Shown here piece by piece: positions 1 to 9,168 of a stretch of DNA of 28,665 nucleotides. This stretch comes from a virus (Duplodnaviria; Caudoviricetes). The stretch's first letter is position 1; each line of letters opens with the position of its first letter. Position numbers and translations under genes: made by a program. The stretch is taken from IMG/VR virus record IMGVR_UViG_3300046655_000132, positions 1 through 28,665 of that record; one strand, 5' to 3'. The notes beneath the pieces were generated by a model. It worked only from the letters and a program-made list of their open reading frames with translations. It did no database searches and was not told the DNA's origin.

Positions 1-1218
1 TCTATGAATGAAATACTTAAATCTAGATTGATAGATCATAAAGAGAGTGTCCGTGGAAATGATAACGAAAGAAACAATATAGACAATCAGATTCATTTGC
101 AAGAATCTAGCATAGAAGAAATCAAGAAGGACAGAAAGAAACTTATACAATCTTCTAAGAAAAAGATAGAAGAATATCAATTAAAGATCGACGAAAATGA
201 TGCCTGCGTAGAAAAACTTAACGCAAAGATCGGTATGTTAAATGATACACTTGTTGAATTAAAACCAGTACAAAAGAAAATATCTAAGATGGATAGTATT
301 AGTGCTGGATTGACTTCCAAGATTAAGTCTCTCAAAGAAGATCAGGAGTTCTTCAACGATATTGATAACTGTCCTACTTGTAAACAGGATGTTGATGCGT
401 CTCATAAAGAAATGATGATTGCAGAAAGAAAAGATAAACAAAAAGAAATAGAACAAGCTATAGAAGATTTTAAGAGTGAGTATGAAGTCATCAATGCAAG
501 AATGGATGACTTATTGAACACCCAAACTAAGGTATCTAATCTTACTGCAGATATATCTGAAAAGACCTCACACAATCGAGGCCTAAAATCCTCTATCAAG
601 GACTATGAAAGAGAAATAGAAGAGCTTGAATCGACAGACACATCTACTACAAAGATGCGTAAAGAGTTGAAGAAGTTTACTGATCAGAAAAGGAAGATAG
701 AGAAGATAAGAGAAGAACTTCTGGAAGAGAGAGAATACTTAAATGTCGCCTCTACCCTTCTTAAAGACGGCGGAATTAAGACTTCTATCATCAAGTATTA
801 TCTTCCTATTATGAATGGATTGATAAACAAATATCTACATCAAATGGATTTCTATGTCAACTTTACGATGGATGAAAATTTTTCAGAGAATATTCAGTCG
901 CGCAATAGAGAAAACTTTTCTTATAGTTCATTCTCCGAAGGTGAGAAGATGCGAATAGACTTGGCTCTACTCTTTACTTGGAGAGAAGTTGCGAAGATGA
1001 AGAATAGTGTTAATACAAATCTTCTGGTTCTGGATGAGGTATTCGATAGTTCTTTGGATAGCAATGGAACAGATGAGTTTTTAAAACTCTTAAATGAACT
1101 TGGCGGTAACAATGTTTTTGTTATATCGCACAAAGGAGAAATCTTATACGATAAGTTCCGAAGTATTATCAAGTTCGATAAAGTCAAAAACTTCAGCAGG
1201 ATAGTGGAAGAGAAGTAA
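1..1218 (+). CDS. 46: Recombination endonuclease ATPase subunit gp46 (Rad50/SbcC-like), C-terminal part; the frame is open to the window edge
   Basis: Coiled coil with CPTC zinc hook, ABC signature FSEGEKMRIDLAL, Walker B LVLDEVFD, H-loop VISH. Walker A is absent, so the gene is 5'-truncated. Confidence 0.96.
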   Translation, partial: SMNEILKSRLIDHKESVRGNDNERNNIDNQIHLQESSIEEIKKDRKKLIQSSKKKIEEYQLKIDENDACVEKLNAKIGMLNDTLVELKPVQKKISKMDSISAGLTSKIKSLKEDQEFFNDIDNCPTCKQDVDASHKEMMIAERKDKQKEIEQAIEDFKSEYEVINARMDDLLNTQTKVSNLTADISEKTSHNRGLKSSIKDYEREIEELESTDTSTTKMRKELKKFTDQKRKIEKIREELLEEREYLNVASTLLKDGGIKTSIIKYYLPIMNGLINKYLHQMDFYVNFTMDENFSENIQSRNRENFSYSSFSEGEKMRIDLALLFTWREVAKMKNSVNTNLLVLDEVFDSSLDSNGTDEFLKLLNELGGNNVFVISHKGEILYDKFRSIIKFDKVKNFSRIVEEK

Positions 1219-1406
1219 TGGATGGAATGGATCTGGGTATTAAGAAAAAAGATTCTACTCTTCTGATAAAGGTCAATAAAGAAGAGAAGAAAAAATTCAT
1301 TGCTCTCTGTGAGTTAAACGACTCTAGTGCATCCAGAGAGATCCGTAGATTTATGAAAGAATATATTAACAATTTCTCCGTAGAAATAAAACTTGACAAT
1401 GACTAA
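1218..1406 (+). CDS. Small ribbon-helix-helix (CopG/Arc-like) DNA-binding protein
   Basis: Beta strand STLLIKV, helix KEEKKKFIALCE, then SASREIRRFMKEYI, a typical RHH pattern. TAATG overlap with the gp46 stop. Confidence 0.65.
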   Translation: MDGMDLGIKKKDSTLLIKVNKEEKKKFIALCELNDSSASREIRRFMKEYINNFSVEIKLDND

Positions 1407-1421
1407 AAAATTTGAGATAAT
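1393..1421 (+). promoter_or_regulatory. Sigma70-type promoter for the methyltransferase
   Basis: TTGACA (1393-1398), 17-bp spacer, extended -10 TG-A-GATAAT (1413-1421). Confidence 0.7.
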
Positions 1422-1427
1422 CGACTA

Positions 1428-2699
1428 ATGATAACCAAAAATACCAACGAATACTTCCGTTATACACTAAAAGACTTAGAAGAAAATTCATCTAAAAAAC
1501 TTTTCAATTATATAACTTTTTTCGCCGGCGGTGGCGGTTCTTCTTGTGCTTATAAACTCATGGGGGGAGACTGTAGGTATATGAACGAATTTCAAGAGAG
1601 ACACGTTGAAACTTACCTACAGAATTTTCCTAATACTGTACATGAGTGCAGAGATATAAAGGAAGTAACTGGAAAGGGGATTATGGAACTCACTGGTCTT
1701 GGAGTGGGAGAGATTGATATCTTGGATGCCAGCCCACCCTGCCCACCTTTCTCTATGGCAGGTTCAAAGCGTAGCGGCTGGAATAAAGAGAAAATGGCAT
1801 ACGGGATGAAACAAAAAAACATCGAAGACTTAACTTGGGAAGTAATCCGAATCACTGGAGAACTAAAACCTAAAGTTGTGATCTGTGAGAATGTGAAAGG
1901 TCTTACGATGGAGTTCGCAATCGATCATCTAATAAAAATGATTGATGATTTTGAAGCGGAAGGTTATACAGCAGTATATAAAGTTATGAATGCAGCACAA
2001 CACGGAGTTCCTCAAAAAAGAGAGAGAACTTTTATACTTGCAGTTCGTAACGATGTAATGGACGATATTGGTATGCCATGGATGGTTTTGGGGAGTATTT
2101 TTCCAGAACCATCTAATGTAGAGTGGACAGTCGAAGATGCAATCAAAGACTTGGAAGATGATGAACAAAATATTATTGATGCTGAGCATCTAGAAAATGT
2201 AATGAGAAAATCTTCTAAGGCTCCTTGGGTTTTTGGGTTTGATACTCATCCAGACTGGCCAAACTCCGGGCCTTGTTCTGGGACAAAAAATTTAATAAAC
2301 AAAGAAAAGGTTGTTAGTATTGGAGATAGTATCGTTCGCCCTTGGTTCAAAGAACAAATAGCAATGGGAGTTATTAAACCGGAAGAAGAACGAAATTCAT
2401 ATTTTGGATCCAGAATAGTACCTTGGAATCAAGCAGCACACACTCTTACTGAGCAGGGTTGCCAACCGAAATTTATGGGTGGGATTCACTTCCATCCAAA
2501 TGGAAGAAGAATATATACTCCAAAAGAAATGCAAAGAATAATGACCCTTCCAGACGATTATAAATCTACTGGAGATTATGACGATAAAGGATCTCGCATT
2601 GGACTCATGGTGGCTCCATTATGTCTTAGATCACTAGTTGCAAGAGTACAAGAAAATATATTAAATACTTACAATAATAAAGAAAAATGGTCTGTTTAA
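1428..2699 (+). CDS. DNA (cytosine-5) methyltransferase
   Basis: Motif I FFAGGGG, motif IV SPPCPPFS (catalytic PC), motif VI ENV, motif VIII QKRER, motifs IX/X R-IMTLPDDY...IGLMVAP. Confidence 0.93.
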   Translation: MITKNTNEYFRYTLKDLEENSSKKLFNYITFFAGGGGSSCAYKLMGGDCRYMNEFQERHVETYLQNFPNTVHECRDIKEVTGKGIMELTGLGVGEIDILDASPPCPPFSMAGSKRSGWNKEKMAYGMKQKNIEDLTWEVIRITGELKPKVVICENVKGLTMEFAIDHLIKMIDDFEAEGYTAVYKVMNAAQHGVPQKRERTFILAVRNDVMDDIGMPWMVLGSIFPEPSNVEWTVEDAIKDLEDDEQNIIDAEHLENVMRKSSKAPWVFGFDTHPDWPNSGPCSGTKNLINKEKVVSIGDSIVRPWFKEQIAMGVIKPEEERNSYFGSRIVPWNQAAHTLTEQGCQPKFMGGIHFHPNGRRIYTPKEMQRIMTLPDDYKSTGDYDDKGSRIGLMVAPLCLRSLVARVQENILNTYNNKEKWSV

Positions 2700-2762
2700 A
2701 TTCTTTATAACTAAAAGTTCTATCGATATTCCAAAAAGTTCTACAAAAATCTAAAAAAATAG

Positions 2763-2791
2763 TTGACATTCGCCATATTATCCTTTAGCAT
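2763..2791 (+). promoter_or_regulatory. Sigma70-type early promoter for the CobT-like gene
   Basis: TTGACA (2763-2768)-N17-TAGCAT (2786-2791), preceded by A-tracts (UP-element-like). Confidence 0.75.
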
Positions 2792-2820
2792 AGCTATATA
2801 GTTTGTTGATAGAGAACCAA

Positions 2821-5124
2821 ATGACCGAAGTTACCGTCTCCAAGAATTCCAAGAGTCTTCTTGCTCGTTTACTTGCGGAAGAAAACATTCGCGTCGAACA
2901 CTCTTCAGAAGTTGTGACAGCGAGTTTCAATGTTGAGACTCGACTCTTACTTCTTCCTATCTGGAAGGATGATTCATATACCCCTGATATATATGACCTT
3001 TTTGTTGGTCATGAAGTTGCTCACGCACTATACACTCCAAGTGATCTAGAAGTTCTAGAAGACGCTATGAAGCGATCCAACCATGCGTTTCTTAACGTAG
3101 TGGAAGATGCTCGAATTGAGAAGTTAATGAAGCGAAAGTTTCAAGGTCTTCAGGCTCCTTTCAAGAATGCGTATCAAGATCTTTATGAGAGAGACTTTTT
3201 CAGTCTTAAGGGTCAACCTATTCAATCTCGTAATTTCATTGACCGCATCAATCTCTTCTTTAAGTTGCGATATGCGTTAAACCTATATGCACCATCCATC
3301 TTCAATTCAGAAGAAATGCCCTTCATTCGTATAATTGATGACGCAGAAACTTACGAGGAAGTTGCGGATATCTGCGAAGATCTTTATAAGTATCTGAAAG
3401 AGAAGCAAGAGGAGCAACCTCAACAACAAATGTCTCCCTCGGAGTCTGGAGGCGACAGCGAACCTCAAGATGGCGAGACTCAGGAAATGCCTTCTGATGA
3501 AGATGCGACCGAGTTTGATGATACTTCTGCAACCGGAGAGGGAGAAGAAGAATCTGATGAAAACGCAGAAGAATCTTCATCAGAATCTAACGGCGAAGAG
3601 ACCAATCAGAAAGAACAAAAGTCTACAACATCTTCTGATGTCAAATCGAATCCGCAAGATGGCCAACATACCAGCATTCATACTGACGAATTCACTTCAG
3701 AGACCAGTCAATCTTTAGAAGACAACCTCAAAGATATGGTCAATGAGAATGCCCATGAAAGTGTGTATATCAATCTTCATCATAACTATGAGCTCGCAGA
3801 TTATGTTCATGACTATACAGAAGTTCAGTCAGACTTCGAACATCAAATCTCTGCGTTGGATGTAGTTCATCGTCAACAATTTAGTCACGCCGATGCGCCA
3901 GATTTAAAATTTCCTTCTCTCAAAGAACTGATCTCAGAAAACTCAAAGACTATTTCTTATCTCGTAAAAGAATTCGAAATGAAGAAGGCTGCTCGCGCTC
4001 AGGCACTGAGTTCAGAAGCCAAGACTGGTGCGATCAACACTTCCAAGTTATGGAGTTATCAGGTCAGTGAGGATATTTTCCTTCGCAAGACCAACACTCC
4101 GGATGGCAAGAATCACGGCATGGTTATGGTAGTAGACTGGAGCGGATCTATGGGATCTACTGTTCTTAACACTGTCAAGCAGACTATCGTTCTCGCAACA
4201 TTCTGTAAGAGAGTTGGAATTCCTTTTGAGGTCTACAACTTTACCAGTGTTAATAGAAAAGAACCATCTAATGGGTTTCCGGAACTTTCTAAGTTTTCTA
4301 CCAGTGATATTGTTCTTAACAACATCGCACTGCGAAATACTTTATCTAGTAGAATGAGCGGCAAAGTCTTTAATCAGTCTTGCCAGAACTATTTGAATAT
4401 CGCCGCTGCTGTGGCAAACCAGATAGGATCATATTATATTCCTTACCGACTGCGGGATCACGCATTATCCAAAGATCAGTTCGGTGCAACTCCTACCAAT
4501 CAGGCGCTGGTTCTCCTAGACAGAGTAATCCCGAAGTTTCGTAAAGAGAATTCTTTAGAAAAAGTTAACTTGGTTCTCTTGACTGACGGCGAACCAACTG
4601 ATCATTTATCCTACAAGTATGACGACGGCGAATATCCGTGTGCGCGATCCACTAGGTATGCTTCAAACATTTATGTGCGAGATACCTCTACTAATGAAAC
4701 TTATCGCATGACTTCAGAGTCCGACTACAGCGGAATTGACGGTTTTGAATCGTCCAAGTTTCTTATCAAGATCTTGCGAGAGAAGCATGGAATCAATTCT
4801 ATTGGTTTCTATCTCTTAGGTTCTTATGGTAGAAATGAGATCAAACGAGTCATTCAAAGATTCGTTAACTATAATCTACAACCATACATGGAAGAGTATC
4901 GTAACTTGCGAAAAGAATTCAATAAGAATAACTTCTTCGTTGCGACTAACTCAGGACATAATGAGTACTATATTATCAATGCGAAGGTAGATCCTAAGAC
5001 TGATGAGTTGGATGTAAATTCATCTATGTCAAAGGCTGCAATCGCAAAAAGTTTCATGAGTCACAATCGATCTAAGGTTGTAAACCGACAATTATTAAAT
5101 AAATTTGTCGATTTAGTAAAATAA
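2821..5124 (+). CDS. CobT-like protein: N-terminal HExxH metallopeptidase-like domain, acidic linker, C-terminal VWA domain
   Basis: GHEVAHALYT and NVVEDARIE; MIDAS motif DWSGSM and LTDGE. ATG 2821 is preferred over TTG 2803. Adjacent to the CobS-like ATPase. Confidence 0.85.
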   Translation: MTEVTVSKNSKSLLARLLAEENIRVEHSSEVVTASFNVETRLLLLPIWKDDSYTPDIYDLFVGHEVAHALYTPSDLEVLEDAMKRSNHAFLNVVEDARIEKLMKRKFQGLQAPFKNAYQDLYERDFFSLKGQPIQSRNFIDRINLFFKLRYALNLYAPSIFNSEEMPFIRIIDDAETYEEVADICEDLYKYLKEKQEEQPQQQMSPSESGGDSEPQDGETQEMPSDEDATEFDDTSATGEGEEESDENAEESSSESNGEETNQKEQKSTTSSDVKSNPQDGQHTSIHTDEFTSETSQSLEDNLKDMVNENAHESVYINLHHNYELADYVHDYTEVQSDFEHQISALDVVHRQQFSHADAPDLKFPSLKELISENSKTISYLVKEFEMKKAARAQALSSEAKTGAINTSKLWSYQVSEDIFLRKTNTPDGKNHGMVMVVDWSGSMGSTVLNTVKQTIVLATFCKRVGIPFEVYNFTSVNRKEPSNGFPELSKFSTSDIVLNNIALRNTLSSRMSGKVFNQSCQNYLNIAAAVANQIGSYYIPYRLRDHALSKDQFGATPTNQALVLLDRVIPKFRKENSLEKVNLVLLTDGEPTDHLSYKYDDGEYPCARSTRYASNIYVRDTSTNETYRMTSESDYSGIDGFESSKFLIKILREKHGINSIGFYLLGSYGRNEIKRVIQRFVNYNLQPYMEEYRNLRKEFNKNNFFVATNSGHNEYYIINAKVDPKTDELDVNSSMSKAAIAKSFMSHNRSKVVNRQLLNKFVDLVK

Positions 5125-5127
5125 GCC

Positions 5128-5156
5128 TTGACAAACAGCTAATAATATATTAGCAT
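5128..5156 (+). promoter_or_regulatory. Sigma70-type early promoter for the CobS-like gene
   Basis: TTGACA (5128-5133)-N17-TAGCAT (5151-5156), the same hexamers as the promoter at 2763. Confidence 0.75.
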
Positions 5157-5188
5157 ATAAACTGGATTTTTTAACTGAGAGAGAAAAT

Positions 5189-6352
5189 ATGCCTCGTACT
5201 TCTAACCTAGAAACCCGACAAACTCTTCTGGAAATGCTTCAAAAAGAAGCAGTTGATGGTGTTGTCACTACAGGTCAAATCAAGGCTGCTGCTAAGAAGA
5301 TCGGTTCTTCTAGCACAAAATGGTTGCGTTCAATGGAACTAAAAGTTTCGTATGGAAAGTATCAGCTTCCGGAAAGTGTTGCTGGAACTCCGCCAACTAA
5401 AACTACATCTAAGGTTGTCGAGGAAACTTCTATCGATATCTCATTGGAACAAAATCTGGTTCCGGCAAAAGATCCTAACTTTGTCAAGTTTGGATTCTAC
5501 AATGACCTTAAGACCATTATAGGTTCTAAAATGTTCTATCCGGTTTTCATCACTGGTCTTTCTGGAAACGGTAAGACTCATGGTGCTCAACAAGTTTGTG
5601 CGGCTCTCAAGCGAGAGTGCATCACTATTCCGATAACTGTTGAAACTGATGAGTCGGATCTTCTGGGAGATAAGACTCTAGTGGATGGAAACATCCGATT
5701 TGTTCCCGGCCCTGTAGTCCGGGCAATGGAAACTGGTGCGGTTCTTATCTTGGATGAGATTGACCTTGCATCAAATAAGATTATGTGTCTTCAGTCTATC
5801 ATTGACGGCAAGGGAGTCTTTCTCAAGAAGGACAACCGATTTGTAATTCCTAAGAATGGATTCACTGTCATTGCGACTGCGAACACTAAAGGTAAAGGAT
5901 CCGATGATGGCCGATTCATTGGAACTAATGTTCTAAACGAAGCATTCCTAGAACGATTCAAGGTTACTTTTGAACAAGAGTATCCTACTCAGGTTACTGA
6001 GAAAAAGATCCTCAACAACTACCTAGAATCCTTCGGCGTGAAGGATGCGGAGTTCGCGGAAGACTTGACCGTATGGGCTTCTGCGATTCGAAAGACCTTC
6101 ATGGAAGGCGGTTGTGATGAGTTGATCTCTACTCGCCGACTGGTTCACATTATTGAGACTTTCTCAATCTTCAAGAACAAAATGAAGTCTATTGAATTGT
6201 GCGTCAGTCGTTTTGATGAAGATACTAAGGCATCATTCATCGATCTCTTTGAGAAGATCAGTGACCCGAATGAAGAGTTCCAAGACTCTTCCTGCGAGGG
6301 TCAGATTCCAGAAGGATCCGACTATGCCTCTGACAATGACACTGCGTTTTAA
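5189..6352 (+). CDS. cobS: CobS-like / MoxR-family AAA+ ATPase
   Basis: Walker A GLSGNGKT, Walker B LILDEID, TANTKGKGSDDGRFIGTNVLNEAFLERF and ISTRRLVHI, characteristic of the marine myophage CobS family. Confidence 0.9.
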   Translation: MPRTSNLETRQTLLEMLQKEAVDGVVTTGQIKAAAKKIGSSSTKWLRSMELKVSYGKYQLPESVAGTPPTKTTSKVVEETSIDISLEQNLVPAKDPNFVKFGFYNDLKTIIGSKMFYPVFITGLSGNGKTHGAQQVCAALKRECITIPITVETDESDLLGDKTLVDGNIRFVPGPVVRAMETGAVLILDEIDLASNKIMCLQSIIDGKGVFLKKDNRFVIPKNGFTVIATANTKGKGSDDGRFIGTNVLNEAFLERFKVTFEQEYPTQVTEKKILNNYLESFGVKDAEFAEDLTVWASAIRKTFMEGGCDELISTRRLVHIIETFSIFKNKMKSIELCVSRFDEDTKASFIDLFEKISDPNEEFQDSSCEGQIPEGSDYASDNDTAF

Positions 6353-6361
6353 GGAGCAAGA

Positions 6362-6706
6362 ATGTCGGCAGAATTAAATCAACTAATCCAACAACAGTTG
6401 GGAGAAATTAGCAATTGTCCAGTTGAGTATAAGTTCAACGAAGATCAGTTGTTGAAAGAACTTAAAATATACATTGACAAAACCTACTCAATGCATTATT
6501 CTAAGAACCAGTTTCAATCGACAGAGTTCATTATTGACTCTGGCCTTGGAACAGGATTTTTGATTGGGAATATAATGAAGTATGCCCAAAGATATGGAAG
6601 AAAGGGATCACCAGAAGAGTGGCGAAAAGATCTGATGAAGATCATGCACTACTCCCTGTTGGCCTTATACAATCATGATAATGACGGAGATTTAAATGAT
6701 GATTAG
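6362..6706 (+). CDS. Conserved phage protein (DUF3310/SaV-like)
   Basis: HY...GFLIGNIMKYAQRYGRKG...KDLMKIMHY pattern; RBS AAGGAG. Confidence 0.7.
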   Translation: MSAELNQLIQQQLGEISNCPVEYKFNEDQLLKELKIYIDKTYSMHYSKNQFQSTEFIIDSGLGTGFLIGNIMKYAQRYGRKGSPEEWRKDLMKIMHYSLLALYNHDNDGDLNDD

Positions 6707-7391
6707 TGAAGAAACTCAAAATATACTACGGAACTTTTCGAGCATCAACCATTCAATTTTATTGACTGGTAATAATCGAATCGCAACAATGTCAGTGATG
6801 CGAAATATTCTCGCAACTGCTGATATCGAAGAAGAGTTCCCAGAAGAATTTGGCATATATGATTTGCCTCGGTTCTTGGGAAATTTGACAGTATATCCTG
6901 AGTTAAATTTTGGAGAAAACTCAGTGATTATGGCAGATGGGTCTAAGACCTACAAGTTCATGGCTGCAGAACCAAGTGCAATTATCCATCCTAAGACTAT
7001 GTTTGCGATGGAAGGTTCGGATAATAATCCTGAGAACGTGAAGGCAACTCCTGAGTATGATATAAATGTCACTCTGCCTAGTTCTACTCTTTCAACAATT
7101 CAGAAAGTTGCTTCGATTAATTCTTTGCCCGACTATGGACTGATCACTGAAGATGGTGAGATATTCTTCACTGCACTGGATAAGAAGTCGGACTCCACTG
7201 ATATTGCGAAAGAGCCTGTGGGTAGTAGCAATGTGAATTTCAAGATGTACTTCAAGGCAGAGAACCTTAAGTTGCTTGAAGGTGATTACAGTGTGAGTGT
7301 ATCTCGCAATGCGATATCTACTTTCCGACACCAGACTAGACCAATCCAGTATTGGATTACTCTGGAATCAGATTCTCAGTATGATATTTAA
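6696..7391 (+). CDS. 45: Sliding clamp gp45
   Basis: ILRNFSSINHSIL, FGIYDLPRFL, FKAENLKLLEGDY, YWITLE; lies directly upstream of 44/62; RBS GGAG. Confidence 0.94.
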   Translation: MMISEETQNILRNFSSINHSILLTGNNRIATMSVMRNILATADIEEEFPEEFGIYDLPRFLGNLTVYPELNFGENSVIMADGSKTYKFMAAEPSAIIHPKTMFAMEGSDNNPENVKATPEYDINVTLPSSTLSTIQKVASINSLPDYGLITEDGEIFFTALDKKSDSTDIAKEPVGSSNVNFKMYFKAENLKLLEGDYSVSVSRNAISTFRHQTRPIQYWITLESDSQYDI

Positions 7392-7402
7392 GGCGACTTC
7401 TA

Positions 7403-8341
7403 TTGAAAGATTTATTATTATGGGTGGAGAAATATCGTCCACAAACAATTGATGACTGCATTCTCCCCGAAGAGTTGAAAGATACTTTTCGGGAGTTTGT
7501 GGCCAACAAAGAAATTCCAAACCTACTTCTTAGTGGTGCGCCAGGCGTCGGTAAAACGACTGTAGCAAAGATATTATGCAAAGAGGTAGGTTTGGATCAC
7601 CTTATGATAAACGGGTCTGAGGATGGAAATATAGACACTCTCAGAACCAAAATAAGGCACTATGCGTCTACAGTGTCATTCTCTGGTGAAGGTAAGTGTG
7701 TGATTCTGGATGAGGCAGATTATCTCAATCCACAATCTACACAACCAGCCCTGCGTGGGTTCATTGAAGAGTTTGCGGGTAACTGTAGATTTATTCTTAC
7801 TTGTAACTTCCGCAACCGAATTATCGATCCATTACATAGTCGGTGTTCGGTAGTGGAGTTCAAGATTCCTAAATCAGAGAAACCGAAACTCTCTGCTGGA
7901 TTCTATGAAAGAATCAAAAACATTCTTGCAGAAGAAGGCATTGAATATAAACAGAAATCTCTTCTGGAACTTATCAACAAGTACTATCCGGATTGGCGTA
8001 GAGTTCTAAATGAACTTCAACGATATTCCGTTGGTGGCGAGATAGATGAAGGGATTCTAGTAAACGTCAGCGAGTCTAGTCTTAAGAAATTAAGTTCTAC
8101 TCTTAAGGATAGAAAGTTCACCGATATGCGAAAGTGGGTTGTCGATAATCTCGACAACGATCCTTCAACAATCTTCCGGACAGTTTATGATGGATTGTAT
8201 TCTTATATGGAACCACAATCTATCCCACAAGCTGTGGTTACGATTGCTGATTACCAGCACAAGTCTGCTTTCGTTGCGGATCAAGAAATCAACATGGTTG
8301 CGTGTTTGACTGAACTGATGGTTGAGTGTGATTGGAAATAA
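7403..8341 (+). CDS. 44: Clamp loader large subunit gp44 (TTG start)
   Basis: LWVEKYRP, Walker A GAPGVGKTT, ILDEAD, PLHSRC (RFC-family motifs). Confidence 0.96.
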   Translation: MKDLLLWVEKYRPQTIDDCILPEELKDTFREFVANKEIPNLLLSGAPGVGKTTVAKILCKEVGLDHLMINGSEDGNIDTLRTKIRHYASTVSFSGEGKCVILDEADYLNPQSTQPALRGFIEEFAGNCRFILTCNFRNRIIDPLHSRCSVVEFKIPKSEKPKLSAGFYERIKNILAEEGIEYKQKSLLELINKYYPDWRRVLNELQRYSVGGEIDEGILVNVSESSLKKLSSTLKDRKFTDMRKWVVDNLDNDPSTIFRTVYDGLYSYMEPQSIPQAVVTIADYQHKSAFVADQEINMVACLTELMVECDWK

Positions 8342-8342
8342 T

Positions 8343-8726
8343 ATGTATGATCTATTTAAAGATTATGTCCCAGCTCTGTCCCACACCAAGGAGAACTTAT
8401 TAGACAGCGAAGATGAGCTGTGGGAGAAATCTTATCAACCGTATTTGATAAATAAAACATTCTCATACTATATGGACACTATTATGTATGCGAATGAAAT
8501 GAACCGTTATGCCGTGACAGACAACAAACTTCAATTTGATTATTTACTAAATAGTATTAGACCAAGGAAGAGATTCTCTCCTTGGGCAAAGAAAGAAATC
8601 AATTCTGATATTGATTTAATCAAAGAATATTATGGGTACAGCAATCGAAAAGCTGAAGAAGCGATGTCCATTTTATCTAGTTCTCAACTAGAATATATCA
8701 GAAGCAAACTGTATAAAGGCGGATAA
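8343..8726 (+). CDS. 62: Clamp loader small subunit gp62
   Basis: Y.PYLINKTFS, ANEMN, LQFDYLLNSIRPRKRFSPW, IKEYYGYS; lies between 44 and regA. ATG 8343 is preferred. Confidence 0.92.
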   Translation: MYDLFKDYVPALSHTKENLLDSEDELWEKSYQPYLINKTFSYYMDTIMYANEMNRYAVTDNKLQFDYLLNSIRPRKRFSPWAKKEINSDIDLIKEYYGYSNRKAEEAMSILSSSQLEYIRSKLYKGG

Positions 8727-8727
8727 T

Positions 8728-9138
8728 ATGGATTTTCTTAATATAGAAGACTTAGTAGAGGTGACTCTAAACGATGCTGAAGATTTTCTCAAAATACGAG
8801 AAACTCTTACGCGCATTGGAGTGTCTTCTAAAAAAGAAAAGAAACTTTATCAGTCTTGTCATATCCTCCACAAACGCGGCAAATACTACATTGTCCATTT
8901 CAAAGAACTATTTAAATTAGATGGGAAGCCATCAGACTTTTCTGATAACGATAGAGCAAGAAGAAATGCTATTGTCAACTTATTAGAAGAATGGAAATTG
9001 GTCAATGTTCCAGAAAAAGATACGATGGATCCTGCCCCATTATCCCAGATAAAAATCATTTCGCATAGAGATAAATCTGAATGGGAACTGGTGCCCAAGT
9101 ATAATATCGGCAGAAAGACTAAACCAGTTGACAAGTAA
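8728..9138 (+). CDS. regA: Translational repressor RegA
   Basis: DFLKIRETLTRIGV, LYQSCHILHKRGKYYIVHFKELF, WELVPKYNIG. Confidence 0.97.
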   Translation: MDFLNIEDLVEVTLNDAEDFLKIRETLTRIGVSSKKEKKLYQSCHILHKRGKYYIVHFKELFKLDGKPSDFSDNDRARRNAIVNLLEEWKLVNVPEKDTMDPAPLSQIKIISHRDKSEWELVPKYNIGRKTKPVDK

Positions 9139-9166
9139 GAAATAAACCTGTATAGTATTATAAATA
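9128..9166 (+). promoter_or_regulatory. Tandem sigma70-type and T4 late promoters for hsp20
   Basis: TTGACA (9128-9133)-N17-TATAGT (9151-9156), followed by TATAAATA (9159-9166). Confidence 0.75.
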
Positions 9167-9168
9167 TA

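Noticed and set aside
3400-3720. Low-complexity E/S/Q-rich stretch as a repeat element
   Set aside because: It is the acidic linker expected in CobT-like proteins, with no discrete repeat unit.
2821-6352. Cobalamin biosynthesis auxiliary metabolic genes
   Set aside because: No cobN or other cob genes in the window; the pair is better read as a MoxR AAA+/VWA module.
8547-8553. CTAAATA inside gene 62 as a late promoter for regA
   Set aside because: It is explained by the conserved LLNS codons, and such matches are frequent in AT-rich DNA.
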